A program made the position numbers and the translations under genes. A DNA stretch of 64,000 bases from Hemiscyllium ocellatum (lineage: Eukaryota): contig NC_083407.1 of assembly GCF_020745735.1 (NCBI RefSeq), forward strand, positions 82,823,857-82,887,856. Reading direction: 5' to 3'. Below the pieces are notes generated by a model, which did not search any database, was not told the DNA's origin, and saw only the letters and a list, made by a program, of their open reading frames with translations. This document shows, one piece after another, positions 26,023-38,786 of this stretch; within the stretch, counting starts at the first letter, position 1, and every line of letters begins with the position of its first letter.

Positions 26023-26194
26023 ATGTTACAATTGAAAACACTTGCATTCATTAAAAAAATCCAATACATTGAAATTCCTCTAACTAATTTCTTACAAAAG
26101 CAGTCATTTCACTTGAATTCTTAACCCCTTAGGAAAACAAACATTTTTACCCTATACCCAGAGGAAAAACCAGTAATACCTGGAAAGGAGCATA

Positions 26195-26260
26195 CTGGTC
26201 ATAACCTGAGCCAATCAGGGAGCCCTGGCTGACAGATATAAACAGGAGATTCAGAAGGTC
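26195..26260 (+). mobile_element. Partial copy of the LTR-like repeat at 29597-29803
   Basis: Shared aatcagggagccctggctgac...ataaacagg.gattcagaag. Confidence 0.6.
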
Positions 26261-28114
26261 TCGTAGTGTACAAGATGAGTCAGACTGGTATATGTCATTC
26301 GACAGTTTTGCTGGTGTTGCCTTCTGGGAGAACTTGGAGCTGTCAATCAAGCTGCTTACTTAACAAGCTGTCAAAATTATGGCTTGCAAAATCTGTCATG
26401 TAGCACTGGACACTATAACATTACACCTCAAGCATTAGGACAATAGGGACACTGAAATAACTAGCACTGATTTTTCTTGAAACTCTACATTATACTTTTA
26501 CATTTTAAGACTGGAGTTAAAATCTTTGATATCTTTGACAGTTTTGGGGCAGCCTTCAGAGTTGTATGACAGTTTGGCTATTCTTTGACAGTTTAACATT
26601 TAGTTTACATCTTCAACATTCCTCATACATTCATTTTCTCAGCCTGCCTTAACAATTCCCACTACATCCAGAATGTAGATCCTTCCCACTTCATTCCTTC
26701 ACTCCAATGAATACAAATTCCATCCTCTCTTGGATCACTCTTTCACTCTTTCTGTTCCAAACCCAATCCACAACCACTCCTCCACATATTGAATCCCCCT
26801 GGTAGGACACCACCCTGTATATATATTGCAACTCTCCTGAAGTTCTCCCTTGTGCTGAAGATGTCAACAAGGAAAACCATTGATCTCCAACACAACTGCG
26901 CAAAAGGTAAATGTTGCACACTACTTTTGGACCAAACATGAACTGAGTGTCTTGAAACTCTCATGTGCTGTGGACTTTGTCATGATGGCAGGACATAGTT
27001 TCCAATAGTTTTAGTATAAAGAGTATTCATGAAATGTAAATGTATTATAATATAGTTAGGAAACCAACACAGGACATCAGGACCCTAGACCTGCCACAGG
27101 CGTGATGCTGAATTTATCTCAAAAAATTGACTTTGCCTTTGGGAAAGCAAAATCTCAGCTTTCACCTAATTATCTCACCCTTTCCACCACATTTCCCTTC
27201 CTTCAAAACCCCATAAAAAATCACCCTTTGGTTTCTCAAGGGATGTTGTGAAAGTGAAGCTGTGGCAGAAGATTAATCTTGATGGTATTGAATAGAAGAT
27301 CAAGTAAAGAGAGAATGTACACTACTGCTCCTATTTGCCAAGCTCTTATATTCTTCTGAATAATACTGAATTATAGAATGATTCAGCACTTTGAAAATAC
27401 CCTCTAATTAGCCCCATTTCCTCATCCTATCCCCACAGCCCTGAAAATGTGATCAAGTATTTGTTCAATTTCCTTTTGAATGTTATTACAGCAAGTATTT
27501 TCACAGACACTCTCATGCAATGCATTCTAAATTAAAAGAAACTTTCTGCAAGAAAACATTTTACTTAATTAGATCTTTGGCTTTTTTACAGATTCCCTTA
27601 AACATTTGGCTTCTGAATAACAACCTTTCTTGCTGTCAAAACCCTTCAGTAATTAACAAAATCCATCACATTAACCTTTTCTGATATAAAACATTCCCAG
27701 TCTCTTTGCAGAACTGAAATCTCATATCTCTGATGTCTTTAATGCTGTACATGGAAAATGAAGGTAACATGATTAACTCTGAACCACATTTTACGGATTA
27801 CAAATGGCAATGTGAGCAAATGTTGCAAACTGAAAGCCCAGGCAATGTTTAATATTATGTCAGTTGGTTCATGACAATTTTCCCACCCTGTTGTCCTTCT
27901 TCTGCAATCTGTAAATACCTAACCACATGCAGATGATACAGCAAATCTCAACTGAAGTCACATTCTAATTTCCCATGATTATCAGATGCAACACTACATG
28001 AAACCATAATTATTTTTTTTTCAACTCAAGATATTATCATTGCAATTTATTTACTTAAATATATTAGAGATAGTGAGGAAAAGGTGGATGTCACTCATTA
28101 CCTTTTAATTCTAA

Positions 28115-29010
28115 GTCTACTGACTCCCATGGCTTGCTTGTCCCCACCCCTGCCACTCTGCTTCCTATAGAAGCCCTCCTCCATTTTCCCAATTCCTTCA
28201 GCTATCTCACTATTGTTCTAACAATGCCAACTCCAGTCACAATGTTTCTGATAGTTTACCCTTTTCCCCGAATTGAGGATTCCTCTCCACTAGGATGCAC
28301 ATAATTCTTGATCATGTCCTTTCAATGTTTTATATCTGCATTTCTGCTCTTACCTTTTCTTCTCACTCCTGGAACCATAATAGGGTTCCCTTTGTCCTCA
28401 CCCACCAACGTCCACATGGAATGGATTGTCCTCTGTTATTTCTGTCACGTCCAGTGTGATCCACAAATCTTCCTTTCCTTTCTCCTTCCAACATTCCAAA
28501 GGCATCACTCTCTCAAACACATTGATTCCGCTCTTCAATTTCCCACAAACAACCCGTATGTTTCTCCTTGCTGTTTTCAATGCGAGATAAGATCTTTCCT
28601 TCCTCCCTGTCCGAGCATGCAGGTCCACAAATAATCCGGCTATTTGAAACAGTAATTTACCTGCACAACCAGGTATTCTGGATTCAATGCCTATGATGCA
28701 GTCTCCTCTCTGTTGAGGGGACCAGATGCTGCTCCAGCGATCAACTGCACAGCACCTCTGTTCAAACTGCCTCCAAAATTTCTAGTCACCTGTCTTTTTA
28801 TTTCTTGGCTCCACCCTTAATCTGAACTTTCTGTCCTCAGCCTCCCTCACTGTTCCCATGAAGCTCAATGTAAGCCTAGGGAACAAACATCAACTTTCAA
28901 TTAGATATACGATAGCCTTCCGGAATGGTTAGCAAATTGAAACAACAACTCTTTCTGTCTCTGCACATGCAGTCTAGACTGCTTAGTGCATCCAGCAGAT
29001 TCTTTCTCTA
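28115..29010 (+). mobile_element. Old PLE remnant (RT C-terminus to GIY-YIG and terminal repeat)
   Basis: Decayed TDSH...PFSQFL...CS motif, RVPFVLT, C..C.LL..GE, and a family-D-like terminus. Confidence 0.6.
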
Positions 29011-29596
29011 CACGATGCTTAATTTTTCTCCAGGTAGTTATACCTGATATCAATGATGTAACCCATGTGTATTGTCTTGTCATTGCATTTTGCTTGAGAA
29101 AATGATTTCAAGATTTCCATCCTGCCTACAACTAAGTTGCCTCATGTCTGTTTGTTCTTACCATTATAGTAAATTTAAGTTCCAGCTGAATACATATATC
29201 TAAATCAAAAATAACAAGTGGACAAAGGGTACATTTGTCCAACTCTCTGAATTTTTCAGTTTCTGCTCTTTATTGTATTTTGCATAAGCCATTGTTTATG
29301 ATATAAGGCCTTATTCCACAGTTGCATTTAATACTTGTTTTTCATCCAGAGTCTTAAAAATGATCTGTTATATTTGAAAAATCTCTCAAGAACACAACAG
29401 AGAAAGTACTTACCAAGCCAGTCTACAAGCCTCTGTACTTAATAATATCATACTACTTATGAATAATCAAATATAAAACCATATTACATTAGAAGCATAT
29501 TTAAATGTTATAGTTTCATTATTAGATAAAGTAAACTGGTACCTCCTTATTCATTGCTTGTATGATATCCTTCGTATAAAATGGTTGTGCAGTGAT

Positions 29597-29803
29597 TGCA
29601 ACGAGGACCAGGTGGATCTCACTGATTATGAGATCCCTGATTGGGGCTGTTAACCAGGGCTAATCAGGGAGCCCTGGCTGACTGACATAAACAGGTGATT
29701 CAGAAGATCTTGTTTGAGCTAGCTGGTCAGACCCCGTGTACTGTGCACAGGTAAATAGAGGGTGAATTAGTGATGGTATACTAGCCACTGTTCAGTTATT
29801 TCA
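29597..29803 (+). mobile_element. Probable short solo LTR (Gypsy-like)
   Basis: TG...CA termini, TATA-like CATAAA, degenerate polyA signal, second partial copy at 26195; no TSD seen. Confidence 0.5.
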
Positions 29804-30000
29804 ATTTGAAACTATGCAACTTGTATTTTGTGATGAGAATTACATATACATAAAGAAACATGTGACAGACAAAGCAAGTATTTCATAACATTCCCATTAC
29901 ATATGTTCGAAGACTGCACATGTGCAGTATGTATAGTCCATCTGCCAACAAGCTTAATCAAAATGTTATTCATATCTGAAATTGTCCAAGATATATTAGG

Positions 30001-30540
30001 CAGTCCTGCTTTCTTTTACAATATTTCACCTTGTAACATATGAGTCAAACCTACAAGATGACTAGCAAAGATGCATTAAGTGACAAGGTCTCCAATATTC
30101 CCAAAATGAAACGGCAAACCATAGCTTCAGAACAGAAATTAGATGTGTAACAACTTGGTATGATGGTGAGAAGATCAATGCAGTTAACCTGTGTTTCTGT
30201 TAATGATTGAGTGCATCATCAAGAACAAAGAGAAAAGTTAATAGCCAAGGTGTAACAATCCATTCAAGCAGACTTCAATCCAGCAAAATTGTCCAAGATG
30301 TACAGAATGGTGTGATATAATTGTTTTGCGTATAGTGTGCATTTGAGTGTTTACTTTTGTCTTATAACCACATATGGTCTGAATCACAATCATATATGGT
30401 CTGAAAATCTTGGTTGGAGAATATATCTCCTGATAGCACATACGTTTCAATGGGAAAAATTGGTTTGATATATGTAGTTTTGATTAATGTGTGAATTGCT
30501 AGGAACATATCTACTAATCAGAATGGGGTTGGGACAGCTT
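30001..30540 (+). mobile_element. Possible Tigger/pogo-type DNA transposon remnant
   Basis: 30100-30190 reads PKMKRQTIASEQKLDV, resembling the CENP-B-type HTH start of Tigger transposases; ends uncertain. Confidence 0.3.
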
Positions 30541-30611
30541 CTTTGTATTATTATTGAGAAGATAAATTATTGAATTCCAATTCTGACTTAAAATTATTAT
30601 TTTCAATTTAA

Positions 30612-32247
30612 ATAGAATGCAAGGAAATAGATGGTGACATCTTGAAAAATGTCTATATTACAGAGGAGAAAGTGTTAGATGTCTTGAAACACATAAAAGT
30701 GGATACTTCCCCAGGACGTGATCAGGCGTACTCTAGAACTCTGTGGGAAGCTAGGGAAGTGATTGCTGGGCCTCTTACTGAGATATTTGTATCATTGATA
30801 GTCACAGGTGAGGTGCCAGACGACTGGAGGTTGGCTAACATGGTGCCAATGATTAAGAAAGGTGGTAAGGACAAGCCAGGGAACTATTAACCAGTGAGCC
30901 TGACCTCGGTGGTGGGCAAGTTGTTGGAGGAAATCCTGAGGGACAGGATATACATGTATTTGGAAAGGCAAGGACTGATTAGGGATAGTCAACATGGTTT
31001 TGTGCGTGTGAAATCATGTCTCACAAACTTGACTAAGGTTTTTGAAAAAGGAACAAAGAGGATTGATGAGGTCTGAGTGGTAGATGTGATCTTTATGGAC
31101 TTCAGTAAGATGTTCAACAAGATTCCCCATGGAAAACTAATGAGCAAGGTTAGATCTTGTGGAAAAATGAAGAACTTGCCATTTGGATACAGAACTGGCT
31201 CAAAGGTGGAAGACAGAGGGTGGTGGTGGAGGGTTGTCATTCAGACTGGAGGCCTGTGACCAGTGGAGTGCCACAAGGATCGGTGCTGGTCCACGACTTT
31301 TCATCATTTATATAAAAGATTTGGATGTGAGTATAAGAGGTATAGTTAGTAAGTTTGCTGATGACACCAAAATTAGGGATGTAGTGCACAGTGAAGAAGG
31401 TCACCTCAGATTACAATGGGATCTTGATCAGATGGGCCAATTGTCTGAGAAATGGCAGATGGAGCTAAATGTAAGGTGCTGCATTTTGGGAAAGCAAATC
31501 TTAGCAGGACTTAATGGGAATGCTGCTGAACAAAGAGACATTGGGGTGCAGGTTCATGGCTCCTTGAAAGTGGAGTTGCAGGTAGATAGGATAGTGAAGA
31601 AGGCATTTGGTATGCTTTCCTTTATTGGTCAGAGTATTGAGTACAGGAGTTGGGAGGTCATGTTGCTACTGTACAGGATATTGGTTTGGACACTGTTGGA
31701 ATATTGTGTGTAAATTCTGGTGTCCTTCCTATCGGAATGATGTCGTAAAACATGAAAAGATTCAGAAAAGATTTGCAAGGATGTTGCCAGGTTTGGAGGA
31801 TTTAAGCTATAGGGAGAGGTTGAATAGGCTAGGGCTGTTTTCCCTGGAGCGGCAGAGGCTGAGGGGTGACCTTATAGAGGTTTATAAAATCATGAGGGGC
31901 ATGGATAGGATAAATAGACAAAGTCTTTTCTCAGGGTTGGAGGAGTTCAGAACTAGAGGGCATAGGTTTAGGGTGAGAGGGCAAATATATAAAAGAAACC
32001 TAAGGGGCAACCTTTTCACTCAGAGGGTGGTACGTGTATGGAATGAGCTGCCAGATGAAGTGGTGGAGGCTAATGCAATTGCAACACTTAAGTAAAATGT
32101 TTAATGGATAATATATGAATAGGAAGGTTTTGGAGGGATATGGGCCGGGTGCAGGCAGGTGGGATTAGATTGGGTTGGGATATCTGGTCGGCATGGACGA
32201 GTTAGACTGGAGTGTCTGTTTCCGTGCTGTACATCTCTATGACTCTA
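30612..32247 (+). mobile_element. CR1/HER1-type LINE, 5'-truncated ORF2 plus 3' UTR
   Basis: Overlapping frameshifted ORFs with SQHGF, DFSK.F, KFADDTKI and RLRGDLIEVYKIM. Confidence 0.95.
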
Positions 32248-32894
32248 AATTAAATCTCTGAACAATGATGCTTATTATGACTGTTTATATGCAATGTTAT
32301 TTAAACATTGTTTTGCTGAATAATTCCAAGAAAAGTTTGGATCTTTAAGCCTTTTTTATTATTCAGGAGAAATGATGGTGACACTGTTATCTCAGATTCT
32401 CTTTGTATTAAGCACTTTATTTATTTCGAACTATCAAATATTATTATTCAACCCTATCTATGACTGATTGTGTGGCAAGCTTACAAAATACAGTTTTGCA
32501 AAAGAATTTACTAATCTCAGAGTTAGGTTTCAACCAGTTACTGAGCTAGTCTGCCTTGTTTATTAAAATTTGATTCAAAGACTTCGATATTCAGCACTGA
32601 AGCTGCTCTTGGTGCTTGTATTGTTTTAATTGCCTGTCAGTATTATCAGTTGAATATTATATAATCTAATTTATGAATCACAACGGCATAAAAGTCATAC
32701 CCATATTTCTAATGGATCATGCTTTGATTCAAAATTTCTCTGCTTTATAGCTGCTCCAATACCTTAATAAGACACTGGTTATGATTATATTACCATAAAT
32801 CATTTGGATTTTGTGCTCTTATGATGATGAAACTATAGCATTCACAATAATTATTCTGTGTGACTGGCAGCAACTTCCAGTCTGCTATAAACAT

Positions 32895-35197
32895 GGTCAA
32901 AAGTGGAATCCCAGAGGTTGCTAATGGTGATTCCTTGCTCCTCCATTGTTGAAGCCATCACACTTGAAAAGCAATTAAAAAGGGGAGCACTTTGGGGCTA
33001 GCGACCACAATTCTATTAGTTTTAAAATAGTGAATGGAAAAAGATAGACCATATCTAACAGTTGAAGTTCTAAATTGGAGGAAGGTTCATTTTGATGGCA
33101 TTAGGCAAGAACTTTCGATTGGGAGCAGATGTTTGCAGGTAAAGGGACGGCTGGAAAATGAGAAGCCTTCAGAAATGAGATAACAAGAGTCCAGAGACAG
33201 TATATTCCTGTCAAGGTGAAAGAAAGGGCTGGTAGGTATAGGGAATGCTGAATTATGAGAGAAATTGAGGCTTTGGTTAAGAAAAAGAAGGAAGCACATG
33301 TCAGGTGCAGATAGGAGCAATCGAGAGAATCCTTCGAAGAGTATAAAGGCAGTAGGAGTATACTTAAGGGGGAAATCTGGAGGGCAATAAAGGGACATAA
33401 GATAACTTTGGCAAATGAGGTTAAGGAGAATCCAAAGGGATTTTATAAATACATTAAGGACAAAAGGGTAACTAGGGAGAGAATAGGGCCCCTCAAAGTT
33501 CAGTAAGGCACCTATGTGTGGAGTCACAGGAATTGGGGAAGATTCTAAATGAATATTTTGCATCAGTATTTACTGTGCAGTAGGGCACAGTATACAGAAG
33601 ATGTAGAATGTAGGGAAATAGATGGTGACATCTTGAAAAATGTTCATATTACAGAGGAGGAAGTGCTGGATGTCTTGATATGCATAAGAGTGGATAAATC
33701 ACCAGGACCTGATCAAATGTACCCTAGAATTCTGTGGGAAACTAGTGAAGTGATTGCTGGTCCCCTTGCTGCGATATTTGTATCATCTCTAACATGGTAT
33801 CACTATTTAAAAAAGATGATAAGGACAAGCCAGGGTGAGACTGACATCGGTAGTGGGCATGTTGTTGGAGGGAATCCTGAAAGATAGGATTTGCAAGTAT
33901 TTGGAAATGCCAGGACTAATTAGGAATAGTCAACATGGCTTTGTACGTGGGAAATCATGTCTCACAAATTTGACTGAGTTTTTTGAAGAAGTAACAAAGA
34001 GGATTGATGAGGGCAGAGCAGTAGATGTGATCAATATGGAATATAGTAAGGTGTTCAACAAGATTCCCCATGGGAGACTGGTTAGCAAGGTTAGATCTCA
34101 TGGAATACAGGGAGAACAAGCCATTTAGATACAGAACTGACTTGAAGGTAGAAGACATTGGTGGTGGTGGAGGGTTATTTTTCAGACTGGAGGCCTGTGA
34201 CCAGTGGAGTGCCACAATGATCAGTGCTGGGTCCACTGCTTATTGACATTTATATAAATGATTTGGATATGAACATAGGAGGTATAGTCAGTACGTTCGC
34301 GGATGACACCAAAATTGGAGGCGTAGTGCACAGTGAAGAAGGTTACCTCAGATTACAACGGGATCTTGATCCGATGGGTCAATAGGCTGAGAAGTGGCAG
34401 ATGGAGTTTAATTTAGATAAATGTGAGGTGCTGCATTTTGGAAAAGCAAATCAGAGAAGGACTTATACACTTAATGGTAATGCTGAACAAATAGAGCTTT
34501 GGGTGCAGGTTCATAGTTCCTTGGAAGTAGTGTCGTTGGTAGATAGGATAATGAAGAAGGTGTTTGGTATACTTTCTTTTGTTGGTCAGCGCACTGAGTA
34601 CAGGAGTTGGGAGGTCATGTTGAAGCAGTACAAGACATTGGTTAGGCCACTTTTGTAATGCCATGTGCAATTCTGGTCTCCTTCCTATCGGAAGGATGTT
34701 GTGAAGCTTGAAAGTGTTCAGAAAAGATTTACAAGGATGTTGCCAGGGTTGGAGGATTTGAGCTATAGGGAGATGCTTATTAAGCTAGACCTGTTTTCCC
34801 TGGAGCATCGGAGGCTGAGGGTAAGCATATAGTGGTTTATAAAATCATGAGGAGCGTGGGCAGGATAAATAGATAAAGTCTTTTCCCTGGTTGGAGGAGT
34901 CCAGAAATAGAGGGCTTGGTTTAGACTGAGAGGGGAAAGATATGAAAGAGACCTAAGGGACAACTTTTTCATGCAGAGGGTGGTATGTGTATGGAATGAG
35001 CTGCTAGAGATAATGGTGGAGATTGGTACAATTACAGCATTTAAAAGGCAGCTGGATGGGTATATGAATAGGAAGGGTTTTGAGGGATATGGGCTGAGTG
35101 CTAGCAGGTAGGACTAGATTGAATTGGAATACCTGGTCGGCATGGACGAGTTGGACTGAAGAGTCTGTTTCTATGCTATACATCTCTATTACTCTAA
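32895..35197 (+). mobile_element. CR1/HER1-type LINE, 5'-truncated ORF2 plus 3' UTR
   Basis: From G.SDHNSI (end of endonuclease) through RT motifs to the ctctattactcta tail. Confidence 0.95.
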
Positions 35198-35482
35198 ACT
35201 CATGAGGGGCATGGTTTCATGTCTGAATTGACATGGCCTTCCACTTTTTATGCTTTTATTCTCATTGTTAAAGGTCTTGCAAACTTAACGCCTCGTTAAC
35301 TGAAATATAATTGTATTTTCAACAGCATACTAAATTATAATTTCCTTTTAATAGTTTTACTGGTCAGAAAAACAAATGTTATGTTTGTGAAATGTCAAAT
35401 GTTCAAAATTCCATGGTTAGAGCTTCAGTGGATTTTTAATATCATTAAATTAAATATTTGCTTGTATTATTTTAGCTACTAC

Positions 35483-35662
35483 CTTGATCTTATGTGCAGG
35501 TCCATTTTTTTCCTGTAAGTTTATAAAACCGTGAATGATCAAATCTACTTGCTACTTCCTGGTTCGCTGTCTGTGAGAATTGTTCAATGTGATAATTGCT
35601 TTGCCTTGTTAGTTTGTTGACATCACTACTTCTGAATGCTATTGATGGTCTGTAGCTGGCCT
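35483..35662 (-). other. Possible exon, unidentified
   Basis: Acceptor tttcatgcag|AG, about 56 open codons (ASYRPSIAFRSSDVNKLTRQ...), stop at 35490-35492 shortly after an A7 run; weak donor AAG|GTAGTA. Confidence 0.2.
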
Positions 35663-36573
35663 CTGCATGAAATTAACATTGGGAAAGGTCAAATCTATAC
35701 CACAGAGCTGTTAAGTCTTAAGTGAGTAGCTCGATTCCGGCAGTGAGTGCAATCACTTCATCACTGACCGTAAAATCCAAGCCAAAGACTATTAACCTGT
35801 ACATCATTCATTTTTTCATCCAGCCACATAACTTGTGAAAATCAACTGGCATTTCTGAATGTAATTGCATTTCTTCAGCTTAGTGTACTTAAAAGAACAT
35901 AATTTCAGTGAAACCTCTTAATCTTTTAAGTATATTCTTTTTGAATCCCCGGCAAATTTCAAATGGTATTTTTTTGGCCATGGTTCTCCATAATTTTTAA
36001 TTGAGTGAACAATTCTCTTTGGTCACAGGTTGATTACAAAGACTACTTGAAAATACATTGAAATCAATCACAACTGATACTATCAATTTCAGCTGGCGTA
36101 TCCAATGAATCCCCTTTTGTGGACACTGTCAAACAATATCGGAAATATCTTAGATATATTTTAGTCGATTTTGAAACAAAATTTGCGAACATGAAGAATA
36201 ATTATCATAAGGCCATTGCATGAGAGGTGCATATTGTTCAGAACATTTCAAATCAAAAGGGAATTTGCTTGACAAAAACAAATCTATATCTGATACTGTA
36301 AAAGATACTGGTTCTAAAAGAGTTTATGCTGAAGTTGCATAACACTCCACCCTTTGGTTATGCCACACAATTTTGGGGTTCAGAAGTAGACAGATTTGCA
36401 CAAAATCCCAAAGGGATCAGAGTCACTTCTGGTTCAACATATGCTTTTTGCAATTATGCCTAATTTTTCCAGAGACCTTGTACCCATTGCTGCAGCAATG
36501 AAAATAGGTTTGATGAGAGCTCAATACCCAGCACCTAATACAACATGATGGTCATTGGTGAAATACCTCAAGG

Positions 36574-36911
36574 TATTATAAGATGATTAGGGGTTTAGAT
36601 AGGGTAGATACTAAGAACCTTTTACCGCTAATGGAGTCAGGTGTTACTAGGGGACATAGCTTTAAATTAAGGGGTGGTAGGTATAGGACAGATGTTAGGG
36701 GTAGATTCTTCACACAGCGGGTTGTGAGTTCATGGAATGCCCTGCCCGTATCAGTGGTGAACTCTCCTTCTTTATGGTCATTTAAGCGGGCATTGGATAG
36801 GCATTTGGAAGTTATTGGGCTAGTATAGGCTAGGTAGGATTCGGTCGGCGCAACATCGAGGGCCGAAGGGCCTGTACTGCGCTGTATCCTTCTATGTTCT
36901 ATGTTCTATGT
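36574..36911 (+). mobile_element. Young CR1 3' fragment ((TATGTTC)n tail)
   Basis: YKMIRGLDRVD...RFFTQRVV..WNALP peptide; CpG-rich tail. Confidence 0.92.
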
Positions 36912-37059
36912 AACTACAGGGGAGAGAATCCGTGCAACCCAGGGGAAAAAAAATCTCAAGTCAAATAGCCACTTCAAATGCATTTTACTTTAATAAGACA
37001 CAATCAGTCAGCAACTGAAATGTGTTAAACAAGCAGTCAGAAGCACTTGGAAAGGTTCT

Positions 37060-37280
37060 TGTGGTGTGTACTGATACAATCCCTACCTCTGAGCCAGGAA
37101 TCCCGATTCAATTCCCATTTCTCCAGAGGTGTGCAAAAATGTCTCTGAGCAGGTTTCGAAACAATACAGAAGCACTTGTGCCACGTTGATAGTCTCCCTA
37201 TCTCTGAGCCAGGAGTCCTGAGTTCAAATCCTACCTGCTGTGGTGGTCTATAATAACATCTCTGAACAGGGGGATTAGGG
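37060..37280 (+). mobile_element. Two tandem short tRNA-derived SINE-like units
   Basis: Both contain ccta.ctctgagccagga...(g)ttcaa.tcc (B-box-like)...tctctga.cagg; third copy at 51708-51815. Confidence 0.6.
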
Positions 37281-37997
37281 AAAAAAATTATAATTGTCTT
37301 TTATGTAGGAAGGGAAAAAGCTGGAAAGAACTGGACACCAGAGAAAGATTACATCTTGCATTTCTTTCTTTTGCTGTCAATCAATTCTTTTGATTACTTC
37401 TACAGATATGTTCAGTAAATTAGTGCCATCCTTCCTTGGTCAATTTTCCAACATGATACATTGGGTCTTATGTTGTGAAGTGACTTCAGCCACATTTACA
37501 TCATTTTTAATGGTAACTAGCATTACAAAATGATTTATTTATATTTCATGTGGAATTAATACTGTTTCACAAGTAATTAGCTAATTGAATCATTCATCTG
37601 CAATGAATTACTTTTCGAAATAGAACAATATCTTTTGATTTAGACATCTAAACCTGTCCTTTTTTCACAAACTAACATTTGGATACATTTCTCAATTCCA
37701 TCTCTCACCAGAGCATATCCAATAGTCTTTTGAACCCATTCATACTGCCTGTATCAATTGCCTGCATAATAATTTATTCTTTGCACAAAATCTTTCCCTT
37801 TGATGCTGACTCTATTTCTCTCTTCTGACATTTGTGCCCTGTATTGAGTTGAATGAATAACAATTTATGAATCATTCTCATAATCTTCAAAAACTCAGCT
37901 TAATAACCTTAATATTCTTCTTCAAATCGAAAAGCAAGAAGAGTTTGATTTTTACTTATTTCCTTGGTGATTAACAAGCTAATAATGACCTAACGGA

Positions 37998-38210
37998 AAA
38001 AGGAAGATGCTGGAGAAACTCAGCAGGCCTGACAACAACTGTAGAGAGAGAAATATTTCAAAATTCAAGAATTTTTTTTCTAGAACAGGGGCCTTTAGGC
38101 TCAAAACTTAATTTTGATTCTCTCCACAGATGATGTCAGAACTGCTCAGTTCTTCCAGAATTTTCTACCTTTGTTTCGGGTTTCCAGCATCCACACTATT
38201 TTGTTTTCAA
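37998..38210. mobile_element. Old PLE family D fold-back insertion
   Basis: gctggagaaactcagcagg.ctgaca.ca.ctgtagagag is mirrored by ctctccacagatgatgtcagaactgctcagttcttccag. Confidence 0.6.
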
Positions 38211-38394
38211 TAATGAATTCAAAATGGAGACATTTACCCTACCACCTAATATCCCTAGTGCTGAGGTTGGTTCAGGTTTGACCAGAGCTTGTAGCATGCA
38301 TGAAAATGGAACCTTATTATAGGGGGTGACCATGGGATAGGCAATGAGTCATATTTAAAGAACATGGGCATTCTTCTATATCTAAGAAAGAATA

Positions 38395-38786
38395 TACATA
38401 GAAGAAGAGCAGTGAAGGTTCACTAAGTTAATACCAGGAATGGCAGGATTCTCCTTAAGTAAAGATAGGTTCAATTGGGCCTGTATTCACTTGAGTTTAG
38501 AATGATGAGAGGGATCTGATTGTAATGTATGTATTCTAACAGGGCTGAACAGACTACATGCAGCAAGGATGTTCTCCTGATTTGAGAATCTTGAACCAGG
38601 AGCCAGAGTCTCAGAATATGGGGCCATCCATTTAGGACTGAGATCAGGAAAGATTTCTTCATTCAAAGAGTAGTGAACCAGTGGAATTCTATTCTACAAA
38701 AGATGATAAAAATTAAGTCAATGAATTTATTCAAAAAAGTGATTGATACAATTTCAGATTTTAAAGGGATCAGGTGGTATGGGGAC
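38395..38786 (+). mobile_element. Old CR1 3' fragment; its tail resumes at about 40872-40985
   Basis: Decayed RFTKLIPGM...FFIQRVVNQWNS; split by the younger CR1 listed next. Confidence 0.7.

Noticed and set aside
26643-26906. Plus-strand exon-like segment (ttttctcag ... AAG|GTAAAT)
   Set aside because: Stops in all frames; such sites occur by chance.
30612-35197. Tandem segmental duplication of a CR1
   Set aside because: Different 5' ends, private indels and unrelated flanks indicate independent insertions.
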